Source: Octopus sinensis
Lineage: Eukaryota
Reading direction: 5' to 3'
DNA: 64,000 nucleotides
Assembly (NCBI RefSeq): GCF_006345805.1
Contig: NC_043016.1
Coordinates: 16,740,001 to 16,804,000 of the forward strand
The notes under the pieces were generated by a model, which was not told the origin of the DNA, did no database searches, and saw nothing but the letters and a program-made list of their open reading frames with translations. Position 1 is the first letter of the stretch, and each line of letters starts with the position of its first letter. Shown piece after piece: positions 48,084-60,782 of this stretch. The position numbers and the translations under genes are program-made.

Positions 48084-50145
48084 ACGCTTTTTTAATTTGT
48101 GGGTTTACAAGGCAACCAATGGTTTCATGCGAAGATATCTTCACAATTGTTCAAGCATGCCATGCAGACCAGTTGGTTCTTGGCTCCATTTTATTTATCA
48201 TTTAACTTTCACGTTCTGTGCTGGCATGGATTGGATAGTTTCACTAAGATTCAAGGTATCCAGCGACTGCATCAAACTTCAATGTCTGTTTTGACTGGAT
48301 GCCCTTCTTAATACCAGCCTATTACATCATAGATTGGGTGCTGTTTATGTAGCACCAACACTATTGAGGTTGCCATGCAGTTTGTATGACTATTAGCCTT
48401 GTGGTCGTTTGTTTCGTTCTTGAGGATGCATTGATTACTATAAGAAAACGAAGGCAGAGCAGGTTCTTATGGGTGTTTGCATGGCTACTCACTTGTAGGG
48501 GATGAGCTGGCAGAAATTAAGTACCAGTTACTCACTGGGGTCGATGTAGTTGACTTAATCCCTTTGTCTTTGTTTCTCCTTTCTATGTTTAGCCCCTTGT
48601 GGGCAATAAAGAAATATAAAATGTTAGCACGCCAGGCGAAATGCTTAGTGGTATTTCGTCTGCCGTCACGTTCTGACTTCAAATTCCGCCGAGGTCGACT
48701 TTGCCTTTCATCCTTTCGGGGTCGATAAATTAAGTATCAGTTACATACTGGGGTCGATGTAATCGACTTAATCCATTTGTCTGTGCTTGTTTGTCCCCGC
48801 TATGTTTCGTCCCTTGTGGTCAATAAAGAAATAAGAGCTGTGAAAGATAGCTAATGGCAATGAGGTGACACAGGTGGTCCCATGAGGGAAAATTTGAAGA
48901 ATCAGATTGGAAGCAGGGGAAGAAGAGAGAAAGAGAAAATGAACAATAGAGCAATATGAGAAACTCAGATAGATTAGTTCAAATAATTGGTATGTGATTG
49001 GTTATTGACAATTTGTTCTAGATGAAGTTAATTTGAGGTAAAATTGAAAATTTTTGTATTTATATCAAAGTGCAAAGAATGTTGTTGAGAGTGTACACTT
49101 TTAATTCTTTCTTTACACATAATAATAAAACTAAATTTTCTTGTTGTTGCCAGATATGCATAGTACTATTTCATCCTTCTTTGAACTCATCAGCATTAGT
49201 TCAAATATTTGGTGTGACAATTTCTTCTATATTACATTGAGGTGGAGTTGCAATTTTGGAACTTAAAGAGTAATGAATGCACAGCATATATTTAATATTA
49301 TTTTTCTTAAAATTTTTAGATGTTGGTAACATGCATCTTTGAAATTATCAGCATGGTATAAGTTGGAACAAATAAATAAGTTAAATTCAACAATTTGTGA
49401 AGTTAGAAATTTCATATTCAGAGAAAATAGTTTGTATGGTTTTAAAAGTTATTTGTGATTTTATTTTTTTCCATCCTAGATTGTTAATTTTCCAGCAAAA
49501 AGGAGATAGATTAGTCTGTAACTGGTTGTCAAGTATTATAGAGAAGTTAATTTTTTGTAGATTAAGTTAATTTAAAGAAAAATGTGCACATTAATTCTTT
49601 CTTTACACATAATAAAACTAAATTTTCTAGTTGTTGCCAGACATGCATAGTACTATTTCATCCTTCTTTGAAATCATCAGCATAACATCTGCCAAAAATG
49701 GTTACAGTTAACATTTTCTCTCCAAATTTCACAAGCCTATTGTGATATTTTCTTTCCAGTTGCCATCAAGGAAAAAATCCTTCACTTTCTTTCATATCAA
49801 TTTCATCTTTGGTCTGAGTCCTTCATTCTTTTTTCTTTTGAAATTGCTTTTTCTGACGTTCTTCAGATAAAAGAATACCAAGGGCCACATATTAGGGCAA
49901 GTGGAACCACATATAGAAGTGTAGGATCCTTTGCAACATGTGAAACTTCCTGGCACAAGTGAAGGGTTAGACCGCACGCATATACCTTTGTTTTTTTTTT
50001 GGTCTTTTTACTTCCACCTTTCTATTCCCATTTGCATGGATTATAAGCCTCCAGTCCTATACTTTCTCTGCTCCACCCTATTCTTAACGAGCCTTTTTAC
50101 TATTTCCTTCTCTCTAATTTAAACATTATTAATTCTAAAAAATTT

Positions 50146-51001
50146 GGATTTTATCTTTTTGACTGACAGATTTAGAAAATAATTTTTTGTAACTAAACAC
50201 TTTCAAACTTCGGACACTGGTAGAATGTGTCATAAAACATCTTTTACTCTTAACATTTTGGACAAAGTTTTGTCTTTTAGAAGTTATTTTGTGTTAAAGT
50301 TGTTGTATTTTGGTAATTTCAACCAATCAATGACGTGCATTCAGCTGAATAAAATTACTGCTGTTGTTTGCCAACAACAACTTCTGGCACTGTATATTTC
50401 GTTTGTCACTGTTATTTATGACTTATTTCATCTCAGTTATGTTTGTATGAATAAACGAGCGTATCTGAAGCATGTTTACTTCATGGCACCACCATAATTG
50501 TTCATGCATTTCTACTACATTTAGTTTTCTTTTTCCTGTTTTTCAGTTACTATTTTTGGAAAGACGTTTTTGCCTCATTCCCCTACCCCTCCAATTTCTT
50601 CATTTTTCATTTTTTTTTTCCATAACCCTAATCCTAACACACTAACTCTAAAACCCTAACCTTAACCCTTAATTCTAACCCTAAAACCTTACCCCTAACC
50701 CTTAATTCTAACCCTAAAACTCCAACCCTAACACCCTAACCCTAAAACCTTAAAACCAGTACAAACACATGAACAATGTCATAAATAACAGTCACAAGTG
50801 AAATATACACCGCCGGCAGTAATTTTATTCATCTGAATACACGTCATTGATTGGTTGAAATTACCGAAATATGACAATTTGTCCAAAACGCTAAGAGTAA
50901 AAGATGTTTTATATGACACATTCTATCAGTGTCCAAAGTTTCAAAGTGTTTAGTTACAAAAAATTATTTTTTAAAATCTGTCATTCAAAAGGTAAAGATC
51001 C
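50146..51001. mobile_element. Long-TIR MITE carrying a central degenerate (CCCTAA)n tract
   Basis: Arms about 50146-50445 and about 50758-51001 are reverse complements; the ACCCTA-type repeats lie at 50623-50757. Confidence 0.82.
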
Positions 51002-51039
51002 AAAGATTTTTCACCAACTATTGCAACTTTTTAACATAT

Positions 51040-51180
51040 ATAGTTAAAAATCCTTATCCAAAATTCCTGGGACCAAAACTCTAATGGATTTTGTTTTGCA
51101 TTGAATTTTGGTTTTTTTTTATATTTGCATCTATGAAATGAGATAGTTTGAGGATGGGTCCCCAACACTGAACACATTAT
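51040..51180 (+). mobile_element. Possible Tigger4/Zombi-like pogo end
   Basis: CCTTATCCAAAATTCCTGGGACCA...ATATTTGCAT...AATGAGATAG..TGAGGATGGG.CCC resembles my recollection of the Tigger4/MER46 terminus; not verified. Confidence 0.4.
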
Positions 51181-52309
51181 CCTTTTACATTTGCAATATT
51201 TTTGTAATTTATTTACTTTATTCCTCGAGTTACATCAAACGCAGCAAAAAATTCACCGTAAAGGTCATCGTGTTGTGCTATCTGATGCCGCCTTTCTGCC
51301 AGTTCTTTGATCCTATGATGTGAAGCATTGCAAATGTAGGAAATTAAATGTTTCCTATTTGGAAATAGATAATAAATATATTTTACTTTTGAAGTAGGGA
51401 TATATATTGATAAACCCGTCACTTATAACTTACTTATAAGTGTTATCATTATACGTAAATCCTGACTCCAGCTACATAAATGCCATAGGGAGAAATATAT
51501 CCACTGAAATGCTAACGGACATTTTATGCGTGCATGTATGTTGAAGATAAATAAATTTGTGTTCTTTTAACCGCTATAAAAAAATACACAGTTTCATAAT
51601 TGCAGAAATAAATTTTTCAACTGCCATTGCTTGCCTCCATATTTTCATCATCAAATTTATCTATTCTTTTCCTTTTTTCAAGATTATCTTTACAAACATC
51701 CTTGTGTTTAATTTTGCAGTGTTTTGTTTTTACCTCTTTTTTTTTTTTGACACATTTTTCTTTTCTTTTTGTCTCATTTTTTTTGTGTGTGTGTATGTGT
51801 GTGTGTTTTTTTTTAATTGTAAAAACTTATCTTATATTTTTGTGTAATAACCATTTTATAGAACTGAAACCAGTTCAAGGCATTAACCCTTTCGTTACTA
51901 TTTATTTTTCTCGCAATTATTTTAAATATAACAAAGAATTTAGTAAAATAACTTCGTTATCATTAAGCTAGTTGGCTGTGTGGTATGTAGCTTACTTACC
52001 AACCACATGGTTCCAGGTTCAGTCCCGCTGTGTGGCACCTTGGGCAAGTGTCTTCTATAGCCTCGGGTTGACCAAAGCCTTTTGAATGGATTTGGTAGAC
52101 AGAAACTGAAAGAAGCTCGTCATATATATATATAGGCACAGGAGTGGCTGTGTGGTAAGTAGCTTGCTTACCAACCACATGGTTCCGGGTTCAGTTCCAC
52201 TGCGTAGCACCTTGGGCAAGTTACTTCTACTATATCCTTGGGCCGACCAAAGCCTTGTGAGTGGATTTGGTAGATGGATGTATATATATATATATATGTG
52301 TATATATAT

Positions 52310-52367
<58 letters not shown>

Positions 52368-52954
52368 GTGTATGTATATGCTTGTGTGTCTTTTTTGTCC
52401 CCCCAGCATTGCTTGACAACCGATGCTGGTGTGTTTACATCCCTGTAACTTAGCAGTTCAGCAAAAGACCGATAGAATAAGTACTAGGCTTACAAAGAAG
52501 TCCTATGGTCGATTTGCTCGACTAAAGGTGATGCTCCAGCATGACCACAGTCAAATGACTGAAACAAGTAAAAGAGGGAGAGAGAGAGTTGTGTTAGGAA
52601 CATAAATTGTGACTAAGGTTTGGTGGAAGATTTTAATTGAAAGCTTATGAAAACAAGACATTTGTATTAGAGAGCCAGAACCGGTTTCAGCCAGGTTGGT
52701 AACGAAAGGGTTAAGATAAAAAAGAAAGGGATCAAAGTTCCTTTTCAAGCCCATAGGCTCATGAAGCCAGTTTCTTGGATTCTGCAGTGTATATATATCC
52801 CCCTGGATGGCACACCATTCCATTACAGGAGTACTCATTTATGATAATTGCTCTCTTCGTTTAACTTGGCTCTTTCTACTAACTCTTATAAGTAACCTGT
52901 TGAAATTTGAGTTTGGTATTTTGTAATTCCAGAATTTTTGCTTTTTATTTTTAG

Positions 52955-53116
52955 GAATCTGGATTTCCATGTTGGAGGATGTCCATAGGGTCAAATAACA
53001 GCAGTGGTGTTAGCAGTCCTCCTGGTTCCAGTCGGCACAGTTTGGTCGAGGACAGAGAACAGATGACTGACGCAGCTGACCAACAACCTGGCTGGCTGAC
53101 CAAGCAAATTTTATAA
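52955..53116 (+). CDS. MRCK: MRCK terminal coding exon: ESGFPCWRMSIGSNNSSGVSSPPGSSRHSLVEDREQMTDAADQQPGWLTKQIL*
   Basis: tttttAG acceptor, phase 0, TAA at 53114-53116; the other two frames stop early. SNNSSGVSSPP resembles vertebrate MRCK SNSSNLSSPPSP. Confidence 0.82.
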   Translation, partial: ESGFPCWRMSIGSNNSSGVSSPPGSSRHSLVEDREQMTDAADQQPGWLTKQIL

Positions 53117-53341
53117 ACTGAATCGTACTTTGTTACAAACAGAAAAATCTGTGGCTATATTGCTCTTTCCTCTAGGAATTCTTGAAGGGGTTAAAAAAAG
53201 AAAAAAAAATGACATGGAAAACTCAACAACAATACAACACAAATCGAACACCTATCTCTTACCAAAATTTTTAATAACATCAAAACCTATTATAAGTTTT
53301 CTCAAGTTTTCTTACATCCTTTTAAAAAGTCTGAGTTTGGT

Positions 53342-53379
<38 letters not shown>

Positions 53380-53389
53380 GTTTCTGCTA

Positions 53390-54590
53390 TAAGCACAAGA
53401 GCTGAAATTTTGGGTACAGTGGCACTAGTTGATTACATTGACACCCCAACCCACAGCACTTGACTGGTACCTATGTTGTTGACCCCCAAAAGGATGAAAG
53501 GCAAAGGATGAAACCTCGAATTCAAATTCTGCCAGGGTTGAGTTTGCCTTTCATCCTTTCAAGCTCGATAAAATAAGTACTAGTTGAACACTGGGATCAA
53601 TGTAATTGACTTACCCCCTGGCCCCCTAAATTTGCTAGCCTTGCACCAAAATTTGAATTTTTTTTTTTCCTGTTGTTGTTACTGCTATAAACACGAGAGT
53701 TGAAATTCTGGGGGGTAGGGACTAATCGATTATATCAAGACCCCTGGTGCTTGACTGGTATTTATTAACCCTTAACAGGCTGAAAGACAAAGTGGACCTT
53801 GGCAGAATTTGAACTCAGAACATGAAGATAGATGAAAAGATATCATGCATTTTGTCCAGCATGCTAACCATCCTGCCAACTTGCCACCCTTACAATAATA
53901 ATAATAATCCTTTCTACTGAAGGCACAAGGCCTCGAGTCTGGGGGTGGGGACAAGTCAATTACATTGACCCCAGTACACAACTGGTACTTATCCAATTGA
54001 CTCCAAAAGGATGAAAGGCAAAGTCAACCTCAGCAGAATTAATGATAATAACAATAATAATAATAATGATAATATTAATAATCCCTTCTACTTTAGGCAC
54101 AAGACATGAAATTTTGTCAGAAGGGTCTAGAATTTGGTGTTCTAAATAATAATGATGATGATGATGATCCTTTCTATTATAGGAACAAGGCCTAAAGTTT
54201 GTGGGTAGAGGACTAGTTGATTACCTTGACCCTAGTGCTCAGCTGGTGATTATTTTATCAACCCTGAAAGAATGAAAGTCAAAATCCACCTCAGTCGGAT
54301 TAAATGCCACTAAGCATTTTGTCCAGCATGCTAAATAATAATAATAACAATTCTTTCTACTATAGACACAATGGCTGAAAGTTTGAGGGAGGGAGTAAGT
54401 CAATTGCATTGACCTTAGTACTCAACTGGTACTTATTTTATTGACCTGCAAAAGGATGACAAGCAAAGTTGATTCGGTAGAATTTGAACTGAGAAATGTA
54501 AATGCAGACAAAGTTACGCTAAGCACTTTTCCCACTAGAGTAATAATTCCACCAGTTTGCATTTGCTAGTTGAAAATTATTATTATTATT
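53390..54590 (-). mobile_element. Cluster of about 6 degenerate SINE B copies, mostly reverse-oriented
   Basis: Repeated AAAGGATGAAAGGCAAAGTCAACCTC; one forward copy at about 53515-53680. Confidence 0.8.
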
Positions 54591-54774
54591 ATTATTATCA
54601 TCAGATAATAAAGAGCGTGCAGTCCAATTTGTTATACAGATTGTTTATTTAATGGATTGAACAATAATTCAACAGATCATGTATCTTCTTCGGGTACAAA
54701 ATGTAATACAAAAAATAAAAACCACAGAAATTCAGAATTTAGATAAAATGACATCATCAGTTTTTCACTTTCAG

Positions 54775-55090
54775 AACTGGTGACAAATCAACATGGAGGT
54801 CTCTTTCCTCACAAGCAGCAGCAGCAGCTACTCTTTAAGAGGACCAGAAACATCATCTTGATGCTGCAAGAGAAAGACTTTGCAGAGCAGCATCTGCCTC
54901 AATCCAGTCAACAGACTATCACTGTGGGTGCCTATGTGCTTCCAGCTTTGGACTGCAGAGTCACATGAGCTCTCATCACTGAGACCACAAACTTTGTCAT
55001 CATTGGATACCAATACACCACCAACTGGTAACAAGGAAAAAGAAAGAAAATAACAGGAAAAAGAAAGAAAATAATAGGAAAAAGAATACT
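54775..55090 (+). mobile_element. Old BovB/AviRTE-type RTE 3' end with a terminal C2H2-like motif
   Basis: DKSTWRSL...HLDAARERLCRAASAS...HCGCLCASSFGLQSHMSSH*, then an A-rich tail. Confidence 0.6.
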
Positions 55091-55439
55091 TAGTCAAACA
55101 GTTTTGTGTAAAATGTGATGAAATTTCACCTGTCATTTTTTTTTCTTCTTTCTCCTTGTTACTAGTTCTGAATGTGAAAACTGATGATGTCATTTTATCT
55201 ATAAAAAAACCAACTCAGGATTTCCCTGTTCATATTTTGAATTTCTGTGTGTGTGTGTGTTTTTGTTTTTTGTTTTGTTGTTTTTGTTTTTCATTTTACA
55301 TTTTGTCCTTGGAGAAGACAGATGATCTGTTGAAATATTGTTCTATAAAATGAACAATCTCTATTATGCTTTTCTTATTATCTATTTACCTTTGTGAAGA
55401 GTTATGTCAATCTTTATAAATTACTTTTTGTTGAAATCA

Positions 55440-58030
55440 AGGCAGCCTCTGCTGGTAGAGTCATTGGCACATTGGGACGACAAAATGCTTAGCAGCATCT
55501 CATTCATCCTTATGTTCTGAGTTCAAATTCCACTGATGTCAACTTTGCCTTTCATCCTTTCAGGGTTTATAAATTAAGTACCAGTCAACGGGGCCAATGT
55601 AATCAACTAGCCCCCTCCCCCAAAATTTCATACCTTGTGCCTATAGTAGAAAGGATTATTATTATTGTTGTTGTTACCAAGAGGTTGAGTTGACAGAATC
55701 GTTAGCACACTGGGCAGAATGCTTAGCAGCATTTCATCTGTCTTAATGTTCTGAGTTCAAATTCCACCAAGGTCAACTTTACCTTTCATTCCTTCAGAGT
55801 TGATACAATAAATACCAGTTGATCACTGGGGTTGATATGTGATCGACTTACCCATTCCCTGAAATTGCTGGCTTTGTGCTAAAATTTGAAACCATTATCA
55901 CTATTAAAATCAATGCAGCAAGCTGGCAGAATCGTTAGCACAGCAGAGAAAATGCTTAGTGGCATTTCATCCATCTGAGTTCAAATACCATTGAGGTTGA
56001 TTTTGCCTTTCATCTTTTTGGGGTCACTAAAAGAAGTATCAGTTGTACACTGGGGTGGATTTAATCCACATACTCCCTCTCCTGTAATTTCAAGCCTTGT
56101 CCAAAATTTGAAACTATTATCATTATCATTATTATCATTGAGACAGTGAGCTGGCATAATTGTTAGCAGAGCAGACAAAATTTTTAGTTACGTTTAGTCT
56201 ATCTTTGTTTTGAATTGTAATTCTGCTGTGGTTGACTTTGCCTTTCATCCTTTCAGGGTTGATGAAACAAATACCAGTTGAGCACTGGGATCAATATAAT
56301 CAACTTAACCCTTCCTCCAAAACCTGCTGGCCTTGTGCCAAAAATGTGAAACCATTATTATTATTATTATTGTTGCTGCTGTATTCAAGAAGGGTGAGCT
56401 GGCAGAGTCATTAGCACACTGGACAAAATGCTTAGCAGCGTTTCAGCTGTCCTTACATTCTGTGTTCAAATTCCACTTGGGTAGTCTTTGCTTTTCATCT
56501 TTTTTAGGTCATACAATAAGTACCAGTTGAGCACTGGGGTTGAGGAAATTGACTGGCCCCTTTCTACAAAATTTCAGGCATTGTGCCTATTGTAGAAAGG
56601 ATCATTATTATTATTAAGGGACAGCAAACGGCAGAATTGTTAGCACACCAGACAAAATGCATTTCATCCATCTTTATATTCTGAGTTCAAATTCCGCCGA
56701 GGTCAACTTTGCCTTTCATCCTTTCACGGTCAATAAACTAAGTACTAGGCATGTACTGGGGTTGATGTTATCGACTTGTCACCTCCCCCAAAATTTCAGG
56801 CCTTGTGCCTTTAGTATTATTATTTTATTATTATTATCATCATTGTCGTCGAGGCAGCGAACTGGCAGAACTGTTGGCACGCCAGACAGAATGCTTGGTG
56901 GAACTTCATCCATCATATATTTTGAGTTCAAATTCTGCCAAGGCCAATTTTGCCTTTCATCCTTTTGGGGTCAATAAAATGAGCACCAGTTGAACACTGG
57001 GGTCGATATAATTGACTTAGCACCTCCTCCAAATCTCTGCTGGTCTTGTGCCAAAATTGAAACTATTATCATTATCATTATTATCATTGAGACAGTGAGC
57101 TGGCATAATTGTTAGCAGAGCAGACAAAATTTTTAGTTACGTTTAGTCTATCTTTGTTTTGAATTGTAATTCTGCTGTGGTTGACTTTGCCTTTCATCCT
57201 TTCAGGGTTGATGAAACAAATACCAGTTGAGCACTGGGATCAATATAATCAACTTAACCCTTCCTCCAAACCTGCTGGCCTTGTGCCAAAAATGTGAAAC
57301 CATTATTATTATTATTATTGTTGCTGCTGTATTCAAGAAGGGTGAGCTGGCAGAGTCATTAGCACACTGGACAAAATGCTTAGCAGCGTTTCAGCTGTCC
57401 TTACATTCTGTGTTCAAATTCCACTTGGGTAGTCTTTGCTTTTCATCTTTTTTAGGTCATTACAATAAGTACCAGTTGAGCACTGGGGTTGAGGAAATTG
57501 ACTGGCCCCTTTCTACAAAATTTCAGGCATTGTGCCTATTGTAGAAAGGATCATTATTATTATTAAAGGGACAGCAAACTGGCAGAATTGTTAGCACACC
57601 AGACAAAATGCATTTCATCCATCTTTATATTCTGAGTTCAAATTCCGCCGAGGTCAACTTTGCCTTTCATCCTTTCACGGTCAATAAACTAAGTACTAGG
57701 CATGTACTGGGGTTGATGTTATCGACTTGTCACCTCCCCCAAAATTTCAGGCCTTGTGCCTTTAGTATTATTATTATTATTATTATTATCATCATTGTCG
57801 TCGAGGCAGCGAACTGGCAGAACTGTTGGCACGCCAGACAGAATGCTTGGTGGAACTTCATCCATCATATATTTTGAGTTCAAATTCTGCCAAGGCCAAT
57901 TTTGCCTTTCATCCTTTTGGGGTCAATAAAATGAGCACCAGTTGAACACTGGGGTCGATATAATTGACTTAGCACCTCCTCCAAATCTCTGCTGGTCTTG
58001 TGCCAAAATTTGAAACTATTATTATTATTA
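55440..58030 (+). mobile_element. Head-to-tail array of 11 SINE B copies; the last four duplicate the preceding four
   Basis: About 220-240 bp period separated by (ATT)n; 56101-57050 repeats at 57051 to about 58010. Confidence 0.9.
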
Positions 58031-58317
58031 TTATCATTATTAAAATGCTCATTCTGTAGGTTTACACTAAGATGGACTTAAAAATTTTGAAGCCAACATT
58101 TTCTGTTAAGCAACAAGTTTCTCTCACTCTCTCTCTCGAATATTCAACTACTTAAATATTTACAAAAGAACTTACAAATGAATCCAGAACATTAAATGTT
58201 TGTCTTCTGTTTTTAATGGATGTAGCGTTGATTTCCTCTTTGCCAAAATTATTCATATATATAAATATATATATCAAATCATATAAATTTAATTCTATAC
58301 GTCTTTGTCTGACCGTG

Positions 58318-58367
<50 letters not shown>

Positions 58368-58461
58368 AAACATAAATTTAATTCTATATGTCTGTCTCAC
58401 TGTCTCTCTCTCTCTCTCTCTGATATATGTATATGTGTGTATGTATGTATATATATCATTA

Positions 58462-59694
58462 TAGGGTGAGGAAGCTAAACAAAATTTGAAAATATTTTAT
58501 TGTACATGGAAGAGTCAATGTATAACAAAATTACTTACCCACAAGTTAATAACAGATTCTACTCTGTGTGTCCACCATTATTTTCTATCACCAATTGGAT
58601 ACGGCATCCAAAAGCTCCACAGATCTTTATAATAAAATATTCAGACAATTTGGCCCATTCTTCCTTCAAAACCTGCTTGAGGTGTTCAGTGCTAGGATTA
58701 AAACCTCTGTTGGTAGACTGCTCTAAAGTGTTCCAAATAGAATAGTGCAGCAGATTCAAATCTGGGCTGGAGGAGGGCCAATAATTAACAAAATTGTCCT
58801 TGCCAAGTTTTTGCCCTTTCTTCACTGTATGAGCAGGTGCTCCATCCTGAGTCCACACATAATTACCTTTAGGGTAATTAGCCTTAAGCCAAAACAGGAC
58901 ATGCTATCTTAACACTTAGTAATAGACATCAGCACTGATTCTCTCACCAGATTTGAAAAAAATGTAGGGCTATTCTTTTGCCATCTGATGCCACAACTCT
59001 CAAAACCTTCACCTGAGCAGGTTGCTTTGTTCTGAAGACATCCTTGACTTGAGATGGTGATTCAGCAATAAACTGACCATTTCACCTGTTCACAACAGCA
59101 TCTACAGTGAAGATTTTCTTGTCAGAAAATGTTTTCACAATGGATTCAGACCTCTCAAGAAAGGACAACACATTTTTACCCTTTCAAACTTCCTGGCTTT
59201 CATTGAATCAGTCAGATGTCTTGGAGATCGAGTAAAGGATTACAGGCCTAAATCACAGAGAGTAACATTTCTTAGTCTTGTCGTCAACTTTCATGTCAAT
59301 TGCCAGCTTCCTCGTGGATGTGGTTGGATGATTTGAAGTTTTAAATTTGAGGGCCTTCAGGAATGCTGGATATTGCTTTGTATTGGTTCTTCCAGTGCCT
59401 TGCTTCCACTGAATGCCTCTGATGTTATCTAAACAATTCTTGACATTGTAAACTGTGCTTAATGACACATTAACCAACTCAGGGATTTACTTGATTCCTG
59501 CATGGAGCAAATCAGTAATGTGTTGTCTTTTTGCTTCTTGAGGTTCTATGGTTGGACTTGTACACAAAAATAAGCAAATGAAATTGTTACTATGAGACCT
59601 AATGCTGAAGAAAAGAAAAAAATGTTTCTTATAATAGACCAGTGCTACAGAAAAAAGGTTTACAAAAAATTCTATAGTTTGCTTCCCCTCCCTG
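58462..59694 (-). mobile_element. Tc1/mariner (maT/DD37D-like) transposon, full length (1233 bp) but decayed
   Basis: TA-(C/T)AGGG.GAGGAAGC.AAAC TIRs with TA flanks; N-terminal HTH-like ORFs; QDGAPAH and WPSSSPDLN motifs. Confidence 0.88.
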
Positions 59695-60175
59695 TATATA
59701 TATATATATATCAAATCGTATAAATATAATTATATACGTCTTTGTCTGACCCTCTCTCTCGTGTGTGTATATATATATATCAAAAATCAAACCATATAAA
59801 TTTAATTATATGCATCTCTAACCATGTCACTCCCTGTCTCTCTTATATATAATTTATATGTTGTATATAACATATATATGTGTGTATGTATGTGTATATA
59901 TATATACAAACATAAATGCAATAATGAATAAGGGCAAAAAACAGACACTAAATTGTCTAACCACATAAAATATAAGTGAAAATATTTTATGTGGATAGAT
60001 GATTTAGCATCTATTTTTCAGCATGCTAGCAAAGAAATGTTTTCCTTTTTGCCCTTATTTATAATTTTCACTATGAAAGGTATTTTTCATATGCTGGCCA
60101 CTGATAAAATTTTCCAATGAAATTTTCTCCTTATATTAGAAGAATATAACATTATATATATATATATAATATATA

Positions 60176-60218
<43 letters not shown>

Positions 60219-60496
60219 TAGATAGATAAAGCATTAGATTTACTCTGACATATAAATTTAGTTATGTGTCAAAATATTTTGTCGCTTTGAAACCACGACC
60301 TGTTCATTGGCCAATGCAGCATAAGGTTTTATCAGTGAACACGTTGCAGCTTCCAAGCAACAAAAGTATTTTGACACAAATTAAATTTTAATGTTGAAAT
60401 GAATCTAACAGGGGGTTTTTTTGTGTGTTCTTAAATGGCTTGGAAACAACTATGCTGTAATTGTTTATTTATATATATATAAAACATATGTGTGTA

Positions 60497-60534
<38 letters not shown>

Positions 60535-60559
60535 AACAACATGTATATATATATATGGC

Positions 60560-60735
60560 ATGTAAAAAGCACCCATTACACTCTCTGAATGGCTTGCATC
60601 AGGAAGGACATCCAGCTGTAGAAACCTTGCCAGATCAGATTGGAGCCTGTGCAGTCCCCTGGCTTGCCACTCCTCAGTCAAACCGTCCAACCCATGCCAG
60701 CATGGAAAGTGAATGTTAAATGATAATGATGATAA
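60560..60735 (+). mobile_element. RTE 3'-UTR fragment in + orientation
   Basis: ...CCCATGCCAGCATGGAAAGTGAATGTTAAATGATAATGATGAT. This is the only + copy of this UTR that I found. Confidence 0.85.
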
Positions 60736-60782
60736 CATATATATGTATTATATGTGTATGTATCTATATATATATATATATA

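Noticed and set aside
49760-49870. Candidate exon after tctttccAG (LPSRKKSFTF...)
   Set aside because: No good donor, hydrophobic low-information translation, and not needed for phase continuity.
53117-54720. MRCK polyadenylation site (AATAAA at about 54607 and 54714)
   Set aside because: AATAAA is common in this AT-rich sequence, so the 3' UTR end cannot be fixed without transcript data.
54775-55027. Apparent extra exon (ttttcactttcAG ... CTG|GTAACA) downstream of the MRCK stop
   Set aside because: Lies after the in-frame TAA, no frame is open across it, and one frame translates as an RTE C-terminal remnant.
58462-59694. Active transposase or independent minus-strand host gene
   Set aside because: The ORF is broken into at least three pieces. 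No spliced minus-strand gene could be supported anywhere in the window.
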